From Archaeoglobaceae archaeon (GTDB lineage Archaea; Halobacteriota; Archaeoglobi; Archaeoglobales; Archaeoglobaceae): a stretch of 51,143 bases of DNA. Made by a program: the position numbers and the translations under genes. The stretch spans positions 1 through 51,143 of the forward strand of contig JAWAQR010000008.1 in the NCBI GenBank assembly GCA_038893835.1, written 5' to 3'. Below the pieces are notes generated by a model. The model made no database searches. It was not told the origin of the DNA and saw only the letters and a list, made by a program, of their open reading frames with translations. Below are positions 26,844 to 36,646 of this stretch, in pieces; the first letter of the stretch is position 1, and the number at the start of each line of letters is the position of its first letter.

Positions 26844-27641
26844 CTACTTTCTAAGATTTATCGCGGTTGTCAGCAAAACTATAGCTCCACCCAAGATCTG
26901 TTTCTGGCTAAGAGTTTCGCCAAAGTAAAGATATCCAACCAAAACTGCAAACATTGGTTCAACCAGTGCTATTATCGGAGCCTTCTGCAATTTTACATGC
27001 TTTATTCCATAGGCAAAGAGCATGAAGGGAATTGCGGTGGGAATTAAGCCTAGGCCAAGGGCCCAAGGAAGTGAGAAATTTTTGCTGCTGATCAAAAAAT
27101 ATGGTAAAAGCACTAGGGTTCCAAAGAAAACGTTAAAAAAGCTTATTTGAAAAGAGTTATGGATTTCTCTGGCCTTTTTTGACAAGGTGAATACGACCGC
27201 ATAAGTTACACCAGAGAGCAAACCAAAGAGAATCCCAGGATTAAATTCGACGTAAGGAGAAAGCATTAAATATAAGCCCAGAAAGCCAAGGGGTAAAGAG
27301 AGTACCGTCTTTTTCTCGATCTTTTCCCCACTGACATAAGCAAAAATCGTGACATATATTGGAGCCATGTAAAGGAGAAGAGCAGCTATCCCTGCTTCGA
27401 TTTGTTGAATTGCAGAGATGTAGGAAAATATAGTGAGCAGATTGAAGATTGCCAATAAAAGCAGTATTTTACTGAAGACGAACTTTTCCTTCTTAAGAAT
27501 GGCAAAGAGTGATAGAAAAATGGTTGCAAATAAAAGACGGAGGAAAGTTACCAGTTTGGGATCCTCTGAAGTATTTCTTACAAAAATAGATACCGTGCTC
27601 ATCAAAATCGCTGAAGCGAATATCGCAATTTCCCCTCTCAT
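26844..27641 (-). CDS. EamA/DMT family transporter
   Basis: About 10 TM helices in two EamA repeats; AALLLYMAPI, EPMFAVL.GYLYFGE.LS..QILGG. Confidence 0.92.
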   Translation of the reverse strand: MRGEIAIFASAILMSTVSIFVRNTSEDPKLVTFLRLLFATIFLSLFAILKKEKFVFSKILLLLAIFNLLTIFSYISAIQQIEAGIAALLLYMAPIYVTIFAYVSGEKIEKKTVLSLPLGFLGLYLMLSPYVEFNPGILFGLLSGVTYAVVFTLSKKAREIHNSFQISFFNVFFGTLVLLPYFLISSKNFSLPWALGLGLIPTAIPFMLFAYGIKHVKLQKAPIIALVEPMFAVLVGYLYFGETLSQKQILGGAIVLLTTAINLRK

Positions 27642-27745
27642 CCAATGCTCAAGCTTTGAAAATGCTATGCAATATATATAACTTTCTTTTAAATTCTCTG
27701 TAAAAACCCCGAAAACTTCATATTTTATCAGAAGATTATAAGTGC

Positions 27746-28120
27746 ATGAAGAAATTTTCTGAACTTATTTACAGCTATGAAGTTGAAGACAAGCTGGCGA
27801 TTTCGAAAAGGGAGAACCATACTCCAAAGATAGAGATACCCAGCGAAGTTAAGGCTGGTGAAACTTTTACCGTGCGCGTTTACATCCAGGGACATCCAAA
27901 CACTGTTCAGCACTCATTCAGATGGATCGAACTTTACTTCTATGAAGAGGGGAGAGAGTTTAACCCAATATTCATAGCAAGAGCCGAGTTGACTCCAGAG
28001 ATTACTGAGCAGGAAGCGAGTTTCAGGGTTAAGGTGGGAAAAAGTGGCGTCATATATGCAATCGCCTACTGCAATCTACACGGTGTCTGGGAAAATAGAG
28101 CGGAGATAAAAGTAAAATAA
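27746..28120 (+). CDS. 1Fe superoxide reductase (neelaredoxin / class II SORL)
   Basis: ENHTP, HPNTVQH..RWIEL and YCNLHGVWE give the 4 His plus Cys Fe ligands. Confidence 0.9.
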   Translation: MKKFSELIYSYEVEDKLAISKRENHTPKIEIPSEVKAGETFTVRVYIQGHPNTVQHSFRWIELYFYEEGREFNPIFIARAELTPEITEQEASFRVKVGKSGVIYAIAYCNLHGVWENRAEIKVK

Positions 28121-28185
28121 TTTTATAATTTATTTTTTTAATTATTTGGTCGAAGGTGTTAAATCCGAGTTGATGCATTCATTTT

Positions 28186-29754
28186 GTGGAAAAGCTCGAA
28201 GAACTGGTGGAAAGAGGAGAGGGTGAGAACGTAGAATTTAAGGAGTACTTAACTTCCTTCCATCTCAGAGAAAGTAGATTTAGACAACTGGCTTGTCAAA
28301 TGAATCATCGCGTGATAATGGGAAAAGGAAAGGCTTATTACGTTATCGGAGTTTCAGATTCCGGAGAAGTTAGGGGCTTGGATGAAAAAAGATTTGTGGA
28401 AACCTTGGAAATCCTGCAAAAGATTGCAAGGGAAATTGAGGCTGAAGTTACGAATGTTGAGAAATACGCTGTAAACGGTGGATTTGTTGGGATAGTTGAA
28501 ATATCTAAGAAAGATGCGAAGGAGCACATACTCATAGGCACTGCAGGTCACGTTGATCATGGCAAATCAACTTTAGTCGGCTGCATTATTACCGGAATGC
28601 CAGACAATGGAGATGGGGCAACCAGAATTTACTTAGACGTGCTCAAACATGAAATAGAGCGCGGTTTGAGTGCAGAACTGAGTTTTGCAGTTCTTGGATT
28701 CAAGGATGGAAAAATACTGCGACTAAAGAATCCGATGAGTAAAGAAGAGAAGGCTAGAATTGTAGAGAAGTCAGATAAAATAGTTAGCTTTGTCGACACA
28801 GTTGGGCATGAACCTTGGCTTAGAACTACAATTCGCGGCCTTCTAGGGCAGAAAATAGATTATGGACTTTTAGTCGTTGCTGCGAACGATGGGGTTATGA
28901 GGACTACAAGGGAACATCTGGGAATTCTTCTCGCAATGGAGATTCCAGTTATAGTTGCGATAACGAAAATAGACATGGTTGATGGGAGAAGGCTAGATGA
29001 GGTAATATTGCAAGTTTCCAATTTACTTAAAACCGTTGGAAGAATTCCAATCATCCTTAAATGTAAGGAGGATGCGATGAAGGTTTCGAAGATGATCTTG
29101 AAAAACAAATTAATAGTCCCAATCATCAAAACTTCCGCCCTAACGCTTGAAGGATATGAAATTCTTGAAGAATTGCTCTACAGATTACCAAAGAGATACA
29201 CTGGAGAAAAGGAGTTTCTGATGTACATAGACAAGGTGTACAAGGTTACAGGCGTGGGAGTTGTTGTTAGCGGTAGTGTGAAGTCTGGGGAACTTAGAGA
29301 AGGAGAGGACGTCTACATTGGCCCGTTCGATGATGGAAGTTTTAGGCTGATCAAAGTTACCAGCATCGAGATGCATCATTATAAAATAAGCAAAACGAAG
29401 GCGGGTGACATTGTAGGGATTGCGTTGAAAGGTGTAAGATATGAAGATATCAGAAGGGGGATGGTTCTAAGCAAAAATCTACCCAAAGCTGTAAGGGAAT
29501 TCGAAGCTGAAGTTTACGTTTTTACACATCCAACGCTCATAAAACCGGGCTATGAGCCTGTGCTACACGTTGAAACGATAGCAGAAACTGTAACATTCAA
29601 GGACATTTCTGGAGGTTACATGAAGGCAGGAGATAAGGGTAGGGTTATAATGAGGTTCAAGTATCATCCTCAATGCGTTTTTGAGGGACAGAAGTTCATT
29701 TTCCGTGAAGGTAGGAGCAAGGGAATGGGAGAGATTATGCGAATTATTGAATAG
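28186..29754 (+). CDS. Archaeal GTPBP1-family translational GTPase with N-terminal AlbA_2/Schlafen-like domain
   Basis: GEGENVEFKE...YVIGVSDSG (AlbA_2); GHVDHGKST, HEIERGLS, DTVGHE, TKID; EF-Tu-like domains II and III, FIFREGRSKG.G. Confidence 0.9.
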   Translation: MEKLEELVERGEGENVEFKEYLTSFHLRESRFRQLACQMNHRVIMGKGKAYYVIGVSDSGEVRGLDEKRFVETLEILQKIAREIEAEVTNVEKYAVNGGFVGIVEISKKDAKEHILIGTAGHVDHGKSTLVGCIITGMPDNGDGATRIYLDVLKHEIERGLSAELSFAVLGFKDGKILRLKNPMSKEEKARIVEKSDKIVSFVDTVGHEPWLRTTIRGLLGQKIDYGLLVVAANDGVMRTTREHLGILLAMEIPVIVAITKIDMVDGRRLDEVILQVSNLLKTVGRIPIILKCKEDAMKVSKMILKNKLIVPIIKTSALTLEGYEILEELLYRLPKRYTGEKEFLMYIDKVYKVTGVGVVVSGSVKSGELREGEDVYIGPFDDGSFRLIKVTSIEMHHYKISKTKAGDIVGIALKGVRYEDIRRGMVLSKNLPKAVREFEAEVYVFTHPTLIKPGYEPVLHVETIAETVTFKDISGGYMKAGDKGRVIMRFKYHPQCVFEGQKFIFREGRSKGMGEIMRIIE

Positions 29755-29789
29755 AGATATGTTTTTATAATTAAACACAACTCAATTCT

Positions 29790-30206
29790 ATGGAAGAAGG
29801 CATAACTAGGATCGGTGTCAGTTTGCCAAAGAATCTTCTAGACGAATTTGATGCGATAATAAAAGTTCGTGGTTACTCTTCAAGGAGCGAAGCAATAAGA
29901 GATGCCATAAGGAACTACATCACCGAATATAAATGGCTTGAAAGTGAAAAAGGAGACGTTGTAGGTGTCTTAGTTGTCCTATTCGATCATACGGTGAAAG
30001 GTGTAAGCGATAGCTTGATAGCGATTCAGCATGCCTTCTCAGATATAATTGCCTCGAACATGCATTTGCACCTTAGCGAGGAACAATGTCTCGAAGTAAT
30101 TGTTGTCAGGGGAAAAATGGAGGAAGTAAAGAAGTTAGTGGACAGGATTTCAGCAACTCGTGGCGTTTTGAGCCATAAGATAATAACGGCACAGAAAAAG
30201 GTTTAG
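29790..30206 (+). CDS. nikR: Nickel-responsive transcriptional regulator
   Basis: [26 protein letters not shown] (RHH); IQH, HLHL...CLE Ni ligands. Confidence 0.95.
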   Translation: MEEGITRIGVSLPKNLLDEFDAIIKVRGYSSRSEAIRDAIRNYITEYKWLESEKGDVVGVLVVLFDHTVKGVSDSLIAIQHAFSDIIASNMHLHLSEEQCLEVIVVRGKMEEVKKLVDRISATRGVLSHKIITAQKKV

Positions 30207-31195
30207 TAAACAAGCACGTCAACTACAACGTGAACAACGCCGGGAGCATAATTTTTTACTTTTCTAAAGTTTAGAATCCTGTATTTTTTTCCCAAATCGC
30301 TACATGCTTTTTCAATTCTGTAAACTGGACGCCATATTATCTTTTCCGGAACAGCTTCATGGTAATGTATTATTCCAGAGCGATCCAGTGCTCTAATTGC
30401 TGCTGGAAGGAATTCCATGCAAAAGATGTGTCCCATTATGACTCTGTCTGCAATTCTTTCAGGAGTTATGAACATAGAATCACCAAGAACCGGTATAACG
30501 TTTCGAGTTCTGTTCAGATTTATGTTCTCGAGAAGATATTCATAAGCTTCCGGATTTATCTCTATCGAATAAACTTTTTCAGCCTTTTTTGCACATGGAA
30601 TGGAGAAGTAACCTATTCCGGCAAACATGTCCACAACTATCTCTCCTTCACATTCTTTTGCTATCCTATGTCTTTCATACTGATTTCCAAGGCTGAACAT
30701 GACCTTTGTGATGTCCAACTTGAAAATGCATCCGTTTTCAACGTGTATGGTTTCACTTCCATTCCCAGCTATCAATTGCATCTTCGGTTTCCTCATCATC
30801 CCCTCTTTTCCAATCTCTCTCCAAACAGCTTTAAGCCTTGGATTCAGGTTCAAAATTGTCTCACCAATCTTATTACTATATTCCGCAATCTCATCGCCAA
30901 ACTTAACTATTGCCAAGTCTCCTATAATCTTATATCCTCTCGGAGCAAACTTGAGCTTTTCTTCTGGTATTAAATTGCGAATGACTTCGAAAAAATCCTT
31001 CTTTGGATTAAAAATAGGATCTTTTTGTTCAACGATTTCATAATCTTTAAATTTTTCTTCATAACAGTCCAGAATTGGAATTTCTACAAACTCCCCATCG
31101 AATTTTATTAATCTACTTCTATCTTTTGCCCCTATTTTTTCTGCATACCTTCTAACAGCTTCAGCATCCTCTTTCCTAACTCTCACAGCCTTCAT
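30203..31195 (-). CDS. taw2: Taw2/Trm5-family SAM-dependent tRNA enzyme (likely wyosine aminocarboxypropyltransferase)
   Basis: [60 protein letters not shown] are Taw2-type motifs. Confidence 0.78.
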   Translation of the reverse strand: MKAVRVRKEDAEAVRRYAEKIGAKDRSRLIKFDGEFVEIPILDCYEEKFKDYEIVEQKDPIFNPKKDFFEVIRNLIPEEKLKFAPRGYKIIGDLAIVKFGDEIAEYSNKIGETILNLNPRLKAVWREIGKEGMMRKPKMQLIAGNGSETIHVENGCIFKLDITKVMFSLGNQYERHRIAKECEGEIVVDMFAGIGYFSIPCAKKAEKVYSIEINPEAYEYLLENINLNRTRNVIPVLGDSMFITPERIADRVIMGHIFCMEFLPAAIRALDRSGIIHYHEAVPEKIIWRPVYRIEKACSDLGKKYRILNFRKVKNYAPGVVHVVVDVLVY

Positions 31196-32154
31196 ACATC
31201 CTTCGGAAATGCATAGCTTTTGCTCTTATATTCAAAAATCAGCACCTCTTTTCCTATTTCCGCTCCATAGGGCCGTGGAACATAGAGAAGCTTGCCATTC
31301 GAATCCATCACCTCTGCCACATGCTCGTCCAAGCTTGTGATCACCCCCCACTTCATAGAATCCTTTTTTGCAATCAAGATCGAATTTGCGATGTTCATAG
31401 TTTTACCCGAGATTATCTCAATCCCCTTTTGGAGTTTCGCATTCTTTACAATACAGATCTTTTCATCCTTCAAAACGACATCATAATCTTCAGCCTCAGG
31501 AAGTCTTATTAAATAAGTAAATCTATAAACATCCCTGCCATCAATCCTTGTATGCAACTTTCTGCTCATCGAAATCTCACCACCAAGTTCGTTTGCAATT
31601 CTTTTTGATACTTTTTCCCCTATCTTTCTACTTCCAAAGTATAAATCGATGCCAAAAGAGTGTTCTTCAACTTTGAGAAGAAAGTCCCTTTCACCAGTAC
31701 ACCTTTCAAGCAATTCTTCAACCACTCTATTTACGATTTTTATCTCTTCTTCTCTCAATTTTCTATTTTGCGCCCTGACCTGGACTATTGCCTCATAATA
31801 TCCCCCACTCTCTCTCGAACATCTCGGACAGGCAATGCGATGAACTTTAAAGATCAGCGGAACACTTACATTTATCTTATCCCCATAAATTTCCCCGGAA
31901 ACCATAACAGAGTTTCCAAAAATTTCGAGGCTCTCGATTTTGAAATCTTGAAAAATACGAAGCTCCTTAAGCACACTTCTCTTAATCGCCTCTTCAAGCT
32001 CAATCTTAATCCATTCATTTCCAATCCTAGCACTACCACATCTGTTGCAGAACTTCAATTCAAACCTGGGTAAAATAACAAGGTTATTCCTCTCAGCAAA
32101 ACACTTTCCACATACCCTATATTCGCTTTCCTTTCCACAGACTATGCATTTCAC
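31192..32154 (-). CDS. NMD3-family ribosome biogenesis protein
   Basis: CIVCG, CGKC, CNRCG, CPRCSR..GGYYEAIVQVR, G.DLY.GS, GR..YR.T..IR. Confidence 0.9.
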   Translation of the reverse strand: MKCIVCGKESEYRVCGKCFAERNNLVILPRFELKFCNRCGSARIGNEWIKIELEEAIKRSVLKELRIFQDFKIESLEIFGNSVMVSGEIYGDKINVSVPLIFKVHRIACPRCSRESGGYYEAIVQVRAQNRKLREEEIKIVNRVVEELLERCTGERDFLLKVEEHSFGIDLYFGSRKIGEKVSKRIANELGGEISMSRKLHTRIDGRDVYRFTYLIRLPEAEDYDVVLKDEKICIVKNAKLQKGIEIISGKTMNIANSILIAKKDSMKWGVITSLDEHVAEVMDSNGKLLYVPRPYGAEIGKEVLIFEYKSKSYAFPKDV

Positions 32155-32254
32155 AAAAAAAATCGCTTTTGCTGCTAATAAAAGCTCCGTCTTTAAAGCT
32201 TCTTGTTAAACGCTGGCATCATAAAGCTTTAATACCTCTTTGCCAAATTTAATA

Positions 32255-32692
32255 GTGTTGCTGGCGGAAGTATATGGTGTTTTCATAGCCAGAACAGAAT
32301 TCTCAGCATCACCTGTAGTTGTCCTTAGAGCGGAGGATGGCAGAATTCTACCGATTTACATCGGCTTTGCGGAAGCTGCTTCCATTTACTCTGCGATGAA
32401 CCGCTTAACTCCACCAAGACCGATGACACACGATCTTCTTGTGGACATAATTTCAAAGCTCGATGCAAAAGTTGAGAAGGTGATAATAGATGACCTAATA
32501 GACAACACGTTTTATGCGAGGATAATAGTGAGGAGAGATGAAAAGGAAATAGAGATCGACGCAAGACCAAGTGACAGCATTGCAATAGCTCTCAGAGTCC
32601 TCTGTCCAATTTACGTAGATCCGAGAATACTCGATGAAGCTGGCAGAGAGAGCATACCTCCAAATTTCAGGGATTTTGCTGAATTTGCTTAA
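32255..32692 (+). CDS. Bifunctional nuclease family protein (DUF151)
   Basis: LPIYIG..EA, PPRPMTHDL, TFYARI, IDARPSDSIAIALR. Confidence 0.92.
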   Translation: MLLAEVYGVFIARTEFSASPVVVLRAEDGRILPIYIGFAEAASIYSAMNRLTPPRPMTHDLLVDIISKLDAKVEKVIIDDLIDNTFYARIIVRRDEKEIEIDARPSDSIAIALRVLCPIYVDPRILDEAGRESIPPNFRDFAEFA

Positions 32693-33113
32693 CCTTCAGA
32701 ATTCTAATCTTAAATACAAGCTGTCTTTTGAAATAGAATAACAGTTCATCCCCATTTTCGACTATAACTTTATCAAAATATGGTCTTTTGTCGAATTTTT
32801 CAAGCAACTTTTTTGGAATTGCAGAAAAGAAGTTGTATTTCTCCCCTATATAAAGAACTGCGCTGTCATTCATTTCAATCTTTTTAATGTTGCTAATAGT
32901 AAAACGAATTTCAAGCGTCTTAACACCATTAAAGAAGAAGCTCAAAACAGCTGGGTTCCCCTTTATCTCCGAAATTATGCAGAATTTTTCCATTTTAAAG
33001 TCTTTTAAACTCAATTTACCCCTCTGTATATATTTCCATCCAATAAATCTTGATAAAGCTTTTGCAAAGGATCTAGTCTTTCTGCTTGGTTTTCTAGAAG
33101 TTGTAATGATCAT
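32667..33113 (-). CDS. Brix-domain rRNA maturation protein
   Basis: IITTSRKPS.KTRSFAK.L, RGKLSL, E.KGNP. ATGA overlap with the upstream gene. Confidence 0.85.
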   Translation of the reverse strand: MIITTSRKPSRKTRSFAKALSRFIGWKYIQRGKLSLKDFKMEKFCIISEIKGNPAVLSFFFNGVKTLEIRFTISNIKKIEMNDSAVLYIGEKYNFFSAIPKKLLEKFDKRPYFDKVIVENGDELLFYFKRQLVFKIRILKVKQIQQNP

Positions 33114-33679
33114 AAATCGCATTCAATGAAGTTCTTTCCATCGTGTCCCACGATCTTCTTTCCAGATTTTCTCGGTATCAAAATCGCACCCTCTACATTG
33201 AAGTCTTTGATCTCTTTAACCTCCTTTATCTCCGTCTTCAAGAGTTTTACAGCCAGAAAAGACCCCTCTTCTATCTTTCTGCATTTTAATAACTTGAAAT
33301 TTGCGGGCATGATGTTGTAGTTGCTCCCTATCTTATAACCTACCTCAAATCCAAAAAGGATTTCCTGGAGACACCTTGAGAAGAATTCCCAGTTCCCCTC
33401 TACTAAGACCTGTCTCGGAAATGATGAGAAATAAGTTACTATTTCTTCAACTCTTTCTTTTCTATGCACCCAATCGCAGCGTTTGCAGCTCCAAACATAG
33501 TTCCCCTTTGAAGAGATTATAAGATCTCCAAATTTATATATAAAACATGGATAGAAAATGCAATAGCAGAGTGAGCAATCTTGCCCATCGAAGTGGCATG
33601 GATAATAAGGACACTCCTCTACAGGGCCTGAAAGGGAGTTCATAGCTGAAAATAGGTCAATCAATCCTCTCTCGTTCAT
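33110..33679 (-). CDS. Cysteine-rich small domain (zf-like) protein
   Basis: CPYYPCHFDGQDCSLCYC.FYPC, VWSCKRCDWVH. Confidence 0.82.
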   Translation of the reverse strand: MNERGLIDLFSAMNSLSGPVEECPYYPCHFDGQDCSLCYCIFYPCFIYKFGDLIISSKGNYVWSCKRCDWVHRKERVEEIVTYFSSFPRQVLVEGNWEFFSRCLQEILFGFEVGYKIGSNYNIMPANFKLLKCRKIEEGSFLAVKLLKTEIKEVKEIKDFNVEGAILIPRKSGKKIVGHDGKNFIECDL

Positions 33680-34208
33680 AAAGAATTCCTCTAGGAAGAA
33701 TTATTTCCCCTTCCCCAACTACGGAAAAACCTCTTCCTTCGAGGTATTCTTTAACCGTCAGAGCCGAGATAACCGCATCCACTTCGTCATGAGAAATCTC
33801 GGGTACCTCAATGTATTTAGAAAGGGCAAGTCTTATCTCTTTAAGTCCAATTTCTGTCCTTTTCTTCGCTTTTGGGGCTATGTTCAAAAGGACACGGGAG
33901 GCAAATGGATAGACCTCATAAACTTTCAAACCAAGACTTCTGAGTTCCTCAGCTATCCTAATCCCAATTAATGCGATCTCCTTAAAAAATTTGGCACCAG
34001 ATGGAAAAAGTCTGATTCCCAGCTTTAAAAGTTCTCTCTCACATTCCCTAAAAGCCCCCTTTTTTGGTAAAGTCAATGGAGCATCTATTCCAACCGCAAT
34101 CACATCCTTAAGAAGCTCCTTTTTGTAATCCCCTATGTATGTCAGCTTTCTATCTATTATCGCCATCTTACAAATCCTTTTCCCAACATCTACCCCTCCA
34201 CAGATCAT
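33657..34208 (-). CDS. DUF429 predicted nuclease (RNase H fold)
   Basis: GVDVG, VGIDAPL, RECEREL, EVYP, DEVDA..SAL. Confidence 0.85.
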   Translation of the reverse strand: MICGGVDVGKRICKMAIIDRKLTYIGDYKKELLKDVIAVGIDAPLTLPKKGAFRECERELLKLGIRLFPSGAKFFKEIALIGIRIAEELRSLGLKVYEVYPFASRVLLNIAPKAKKRTEIGLKEIRLALSKYIEVPEISHDEVDAVISALTVKEYLEGRGFSVVGEGEIILPRGILYERERID

Positions 34209-34498
34209 ACCAAAACCATCTGAGCATGAGGACAGCCTGAGATATGAAGAACCTTCTCTTTTTCTACAATTCCTAACTTTATCGCAAGATTTATGGCTTT
34301 TTCTCCAGTTATGTTTGCTATGGTGGCTTTTTTCAAGGCTTCAGCTACTTCCTTTTCTCCAAATTCTTTCTCCCCATAAAAGCTCTCCTTTACCTCAAGC
34401 TTCAAATTCCCATCTCGAAAGACTTTACCAACTAACTCTGAATCGCAGACGGCAACCAGGATTTCACCTTTCACATTGTAAATCTTCATTCTAAACAT
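34205..34498 (-). CDS. DUF424 family protein
   Basis: LVAVCDSEL.GK, V.ESFYG, ATIAN..G, G.PHAQ. Confidence 0.9.
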   Translation of the reverse strand: MFRMKIYNVKGEILVAVCDSELVGKVFRDGNLKLEVKESFYGEKEFGEKEVAEALKKATIANITGEKAINLAIKLGIVEKEKVLHISGCPHAQMVLV

Positions 34499-34904
34499 TT
34501 TTCACCGGTTGTTTAGCCCCGCATGCCATACATCGAAGGAAATGAACTCTTCCCTCCTTTATCAACTCCGTATCTGGAGCGTTGCACTCTTTGCAGATCA
34601 CATAAGTCTTAACGTACTCATTTACTTCTTTCTGAATTTCTTCTTCCGTGAACTTTCCCTGCAAGATAAGCCTACCATTATCCACTATCCCAGCAGTTCC
34701 CAGCGATTTAATGAGGTATTTGTAAACGTGTTCCTCACTCCTGTTCAGAGTTTTAGCTATCTGTGAGAAATTTCTTAGAATTGTTCTCACTCCCTCCCTA
34801 GTAACGCTTACTTTTGGTATCTCGAACCTCTCCTTTCTCACAATTTTTCTCTGGGAAAGCATTTCCAAAGCTCTCTCCAGCATTTTTCCATATTCTTCCA
34901 TCAC
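34491..34904 (-). CDS. eif2b: Translation initiation factor 2 subunit beta
   Basis: RFEIP, T..RNF..I...LNR, LGTAG, YVICKECNAPDT, C.ACGA. Confidence 0.95.
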   Translation of the reverse strand: MMEEYGKMLERALEMLSQRKIVRKERFEIPKVSVTREGVRTILRNFSQIAKTLNRSEEHVYKYLIKSLGTAGIVDNGRLILQGKFTEEEIQKEVNEYVKTYVICKECNAPDTELIKEGRVHFLRCMACGAKQPVKNV

Positions 34905-34972
34905 TTAATTTACGATACGATTGTATTTAAGCTTCTCGAAAGAGTTAAAATTCGTCATATAACTTAGATTTA

Positions 34973-36646
34973 ATGGAAAATTACCTCCTATTCACAATTA
35001 CTCTTGGATTTTCAGCTTTAGTGGCCTTACTTTTCAGGAGACTCGGATTTTCGCAAGTTACAGGTTACCTGATCGCTGGCATATTTCTTGGTTTCATATT
35101 TCAGGATGAATTCCAAAAGAATGAGGGGCTTCTGACGATTTTTTCCGAGATAGCCATAGCCCTTTTAGTCTTTGAGATAGGCAGAGAAATTGGGTTAAAA
35201 AATATAAAGAATCTGAGCTTTTTACCCCTTGCAATACTAGTTTTCGAGATTGCCACGTCACTCGTGATAGCTTTGTTCGTTGGAAATATCTTCAACTTAA
35301 AAACCTCAGAAATAATCGTTCTCGCATTGCTCGGCTCTTTTAGCAGCACACCAGTAATCTTCAAAATCTTGAAAGACCTGAGACTTGGAGAGGATGTAAA
35401 TAGATTAATATTGACGGTTGCCATTATGGATGATATCCTAGCCATACTAGCCCTTATTCTCTTACCCCAACTGGCAATTGGAGACATTAACATATCGCAA
35501 TTCATTCAAACCTTCTTTCTTTCCATCACCTTTGCAGTCATACTAATCTTTCTGGGTTTAGTATTCTTAGACAAATTCTTCAGGAGAGTTATAAAGCCAG
35601 ACGATGACATAGGGATTGCAATTGCAATCAGTTTTGCTCTCCTTTTTGCAGCTTTATCAAAATATTTAGGCTTTTCTCCAGCTTTAGGAGCTTTTTGTGC
35701 TGGAATAGCTCTTTCAGAGCATCCAAAAAGTTCGGAAGTCGGTCAAAATATCAAGTCGATCAGAGAAATATTCCTGATTCTTTTCTTCGTTGCCCTAGGC
35801 CTTGAAGCTGGTCTTCTAATAGAGTTCTCACCAATACTGTTGCTTGCTCCTGCTATGATAGTTTTCGGCAGGTTCATCACTTTTACAGCTTCCAACTGGT
35901 TTCTGAGCAACCGTAGTCTCGCAGAATGCATCAGAATAGGATTTGTTGCAACTTCTGTCGGAGAATTTGGACTTGTAGTCGTTTACGAGGCTTTAAGGCT
36001 CGAAATTGTTGGAAAAGATTTTCTTTCGATAGCCGCAATTTCCATAATACTTGGAACAATTCTGGCTTCAAAGCTCAGCTTTAGGAGCGATTACGCTGAA
36101 AAACTCGCTTCGCTGATTCCGCTAGAAGTGAAGGTATTCATCGACAACATATCGTCGAGCATAGTAAAGATATTGGAGGGAAAGGAAGGGGAGTTCGTTA
36201 AAGAGTTGGTGATCAGAATCTTCAGGAATGTAATAGCCGTTATCATATTCTCCATCCTTGGATCAACTCTGCTCTACATCCTCGAAATTTTCTCTCCAAA
36301 TCTCAAAAACATTCTTGCAATCTTAACTCTTGCAATGATATTTGCTGTGACGATTGCAATCTCCATTAAAACCAGAGATCACGCGGAAAAGTTGTGTTGT
36401 CTATTAGTTGAAAAAAGAGGAATGAATCCGGTGATGGAAAGGATGTTGACAAGTCTAACTTTCATCTTCATAATGCTGAGCAGCATAAATTTAATAATCT
36501 TGGTTTCAGGGAAAATCATCGTTGATATGATCGAAGAAATCTTAGAACTCTCGCTCAGCCATAGTTTCTCTGGTCTAATATTTCTCATCGTTTTCTTCTT
36601 GAGCGTTTATATTCTTTACTCACAGATTCGTCGCTTACCCCTTTAA
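34973..36646 (+). CDS. Cation:proton antiporter (CPA2/KefB-like) with extra C-terminal TM helices
   Basis: GYLIAGI..G, FEIGRE, SSTPVI.K, IMDDI, LGAFCAG, FFVALG, VGEFG. Confidence 0.88.
   Translation: MENYLLFTITLGFSALVALLFRRLGFSQVTGYLIAGIFLGFIFQDEFQKNEGLLTIFSEIAIALLVFEIGREIGLKNIKNLSFLPLAILVFEIATSLVIALFVGNIFNLKTSEIIVLALLGSFSSTPVIFKILKDLRLGEDVNRLILTVAIMDDILAILALILLPQLAIGDINISQFIQTFFLSITFAVILIFLGLVFLDKFFRRVIKPDDDIGIAIAISFALLFAALSKYLGFSPALGAFCAGIALSEHPKSSEVGQNIKSIREIFLILFFVALGLEAGLLIEFSPILLLAPAMIVFGRFITFTASNWFLSNRSLAECIRIGFVATSVGEFGLVVVYEALRLEIVGKDFLSIAAISIILGTILASKLSFRSDYAEKLASLIPLEVKVFIDNISSSIVKILEGKEGEFVKELVIRIFRNVIAVIIFSILGSTLLYILEIFSPNLKNILAILTLAMIFAVTIAISIKTRDHAEKLCCLLVEKRGMNPVMERMLTSLTFIFIMLSSINLIILVSGKIIVDMIEEILELSLSHSFSGLIFLIVFFLSVYILYSQIRRLPL

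Noticed and set aside
29760-29777. TGTTT-N8-AAACA upstream of nikR as an autoregulatory operator
   Set aside because: The arms are only 5 bp in AT-rich DNA and flank the TATA box, too weak to call.
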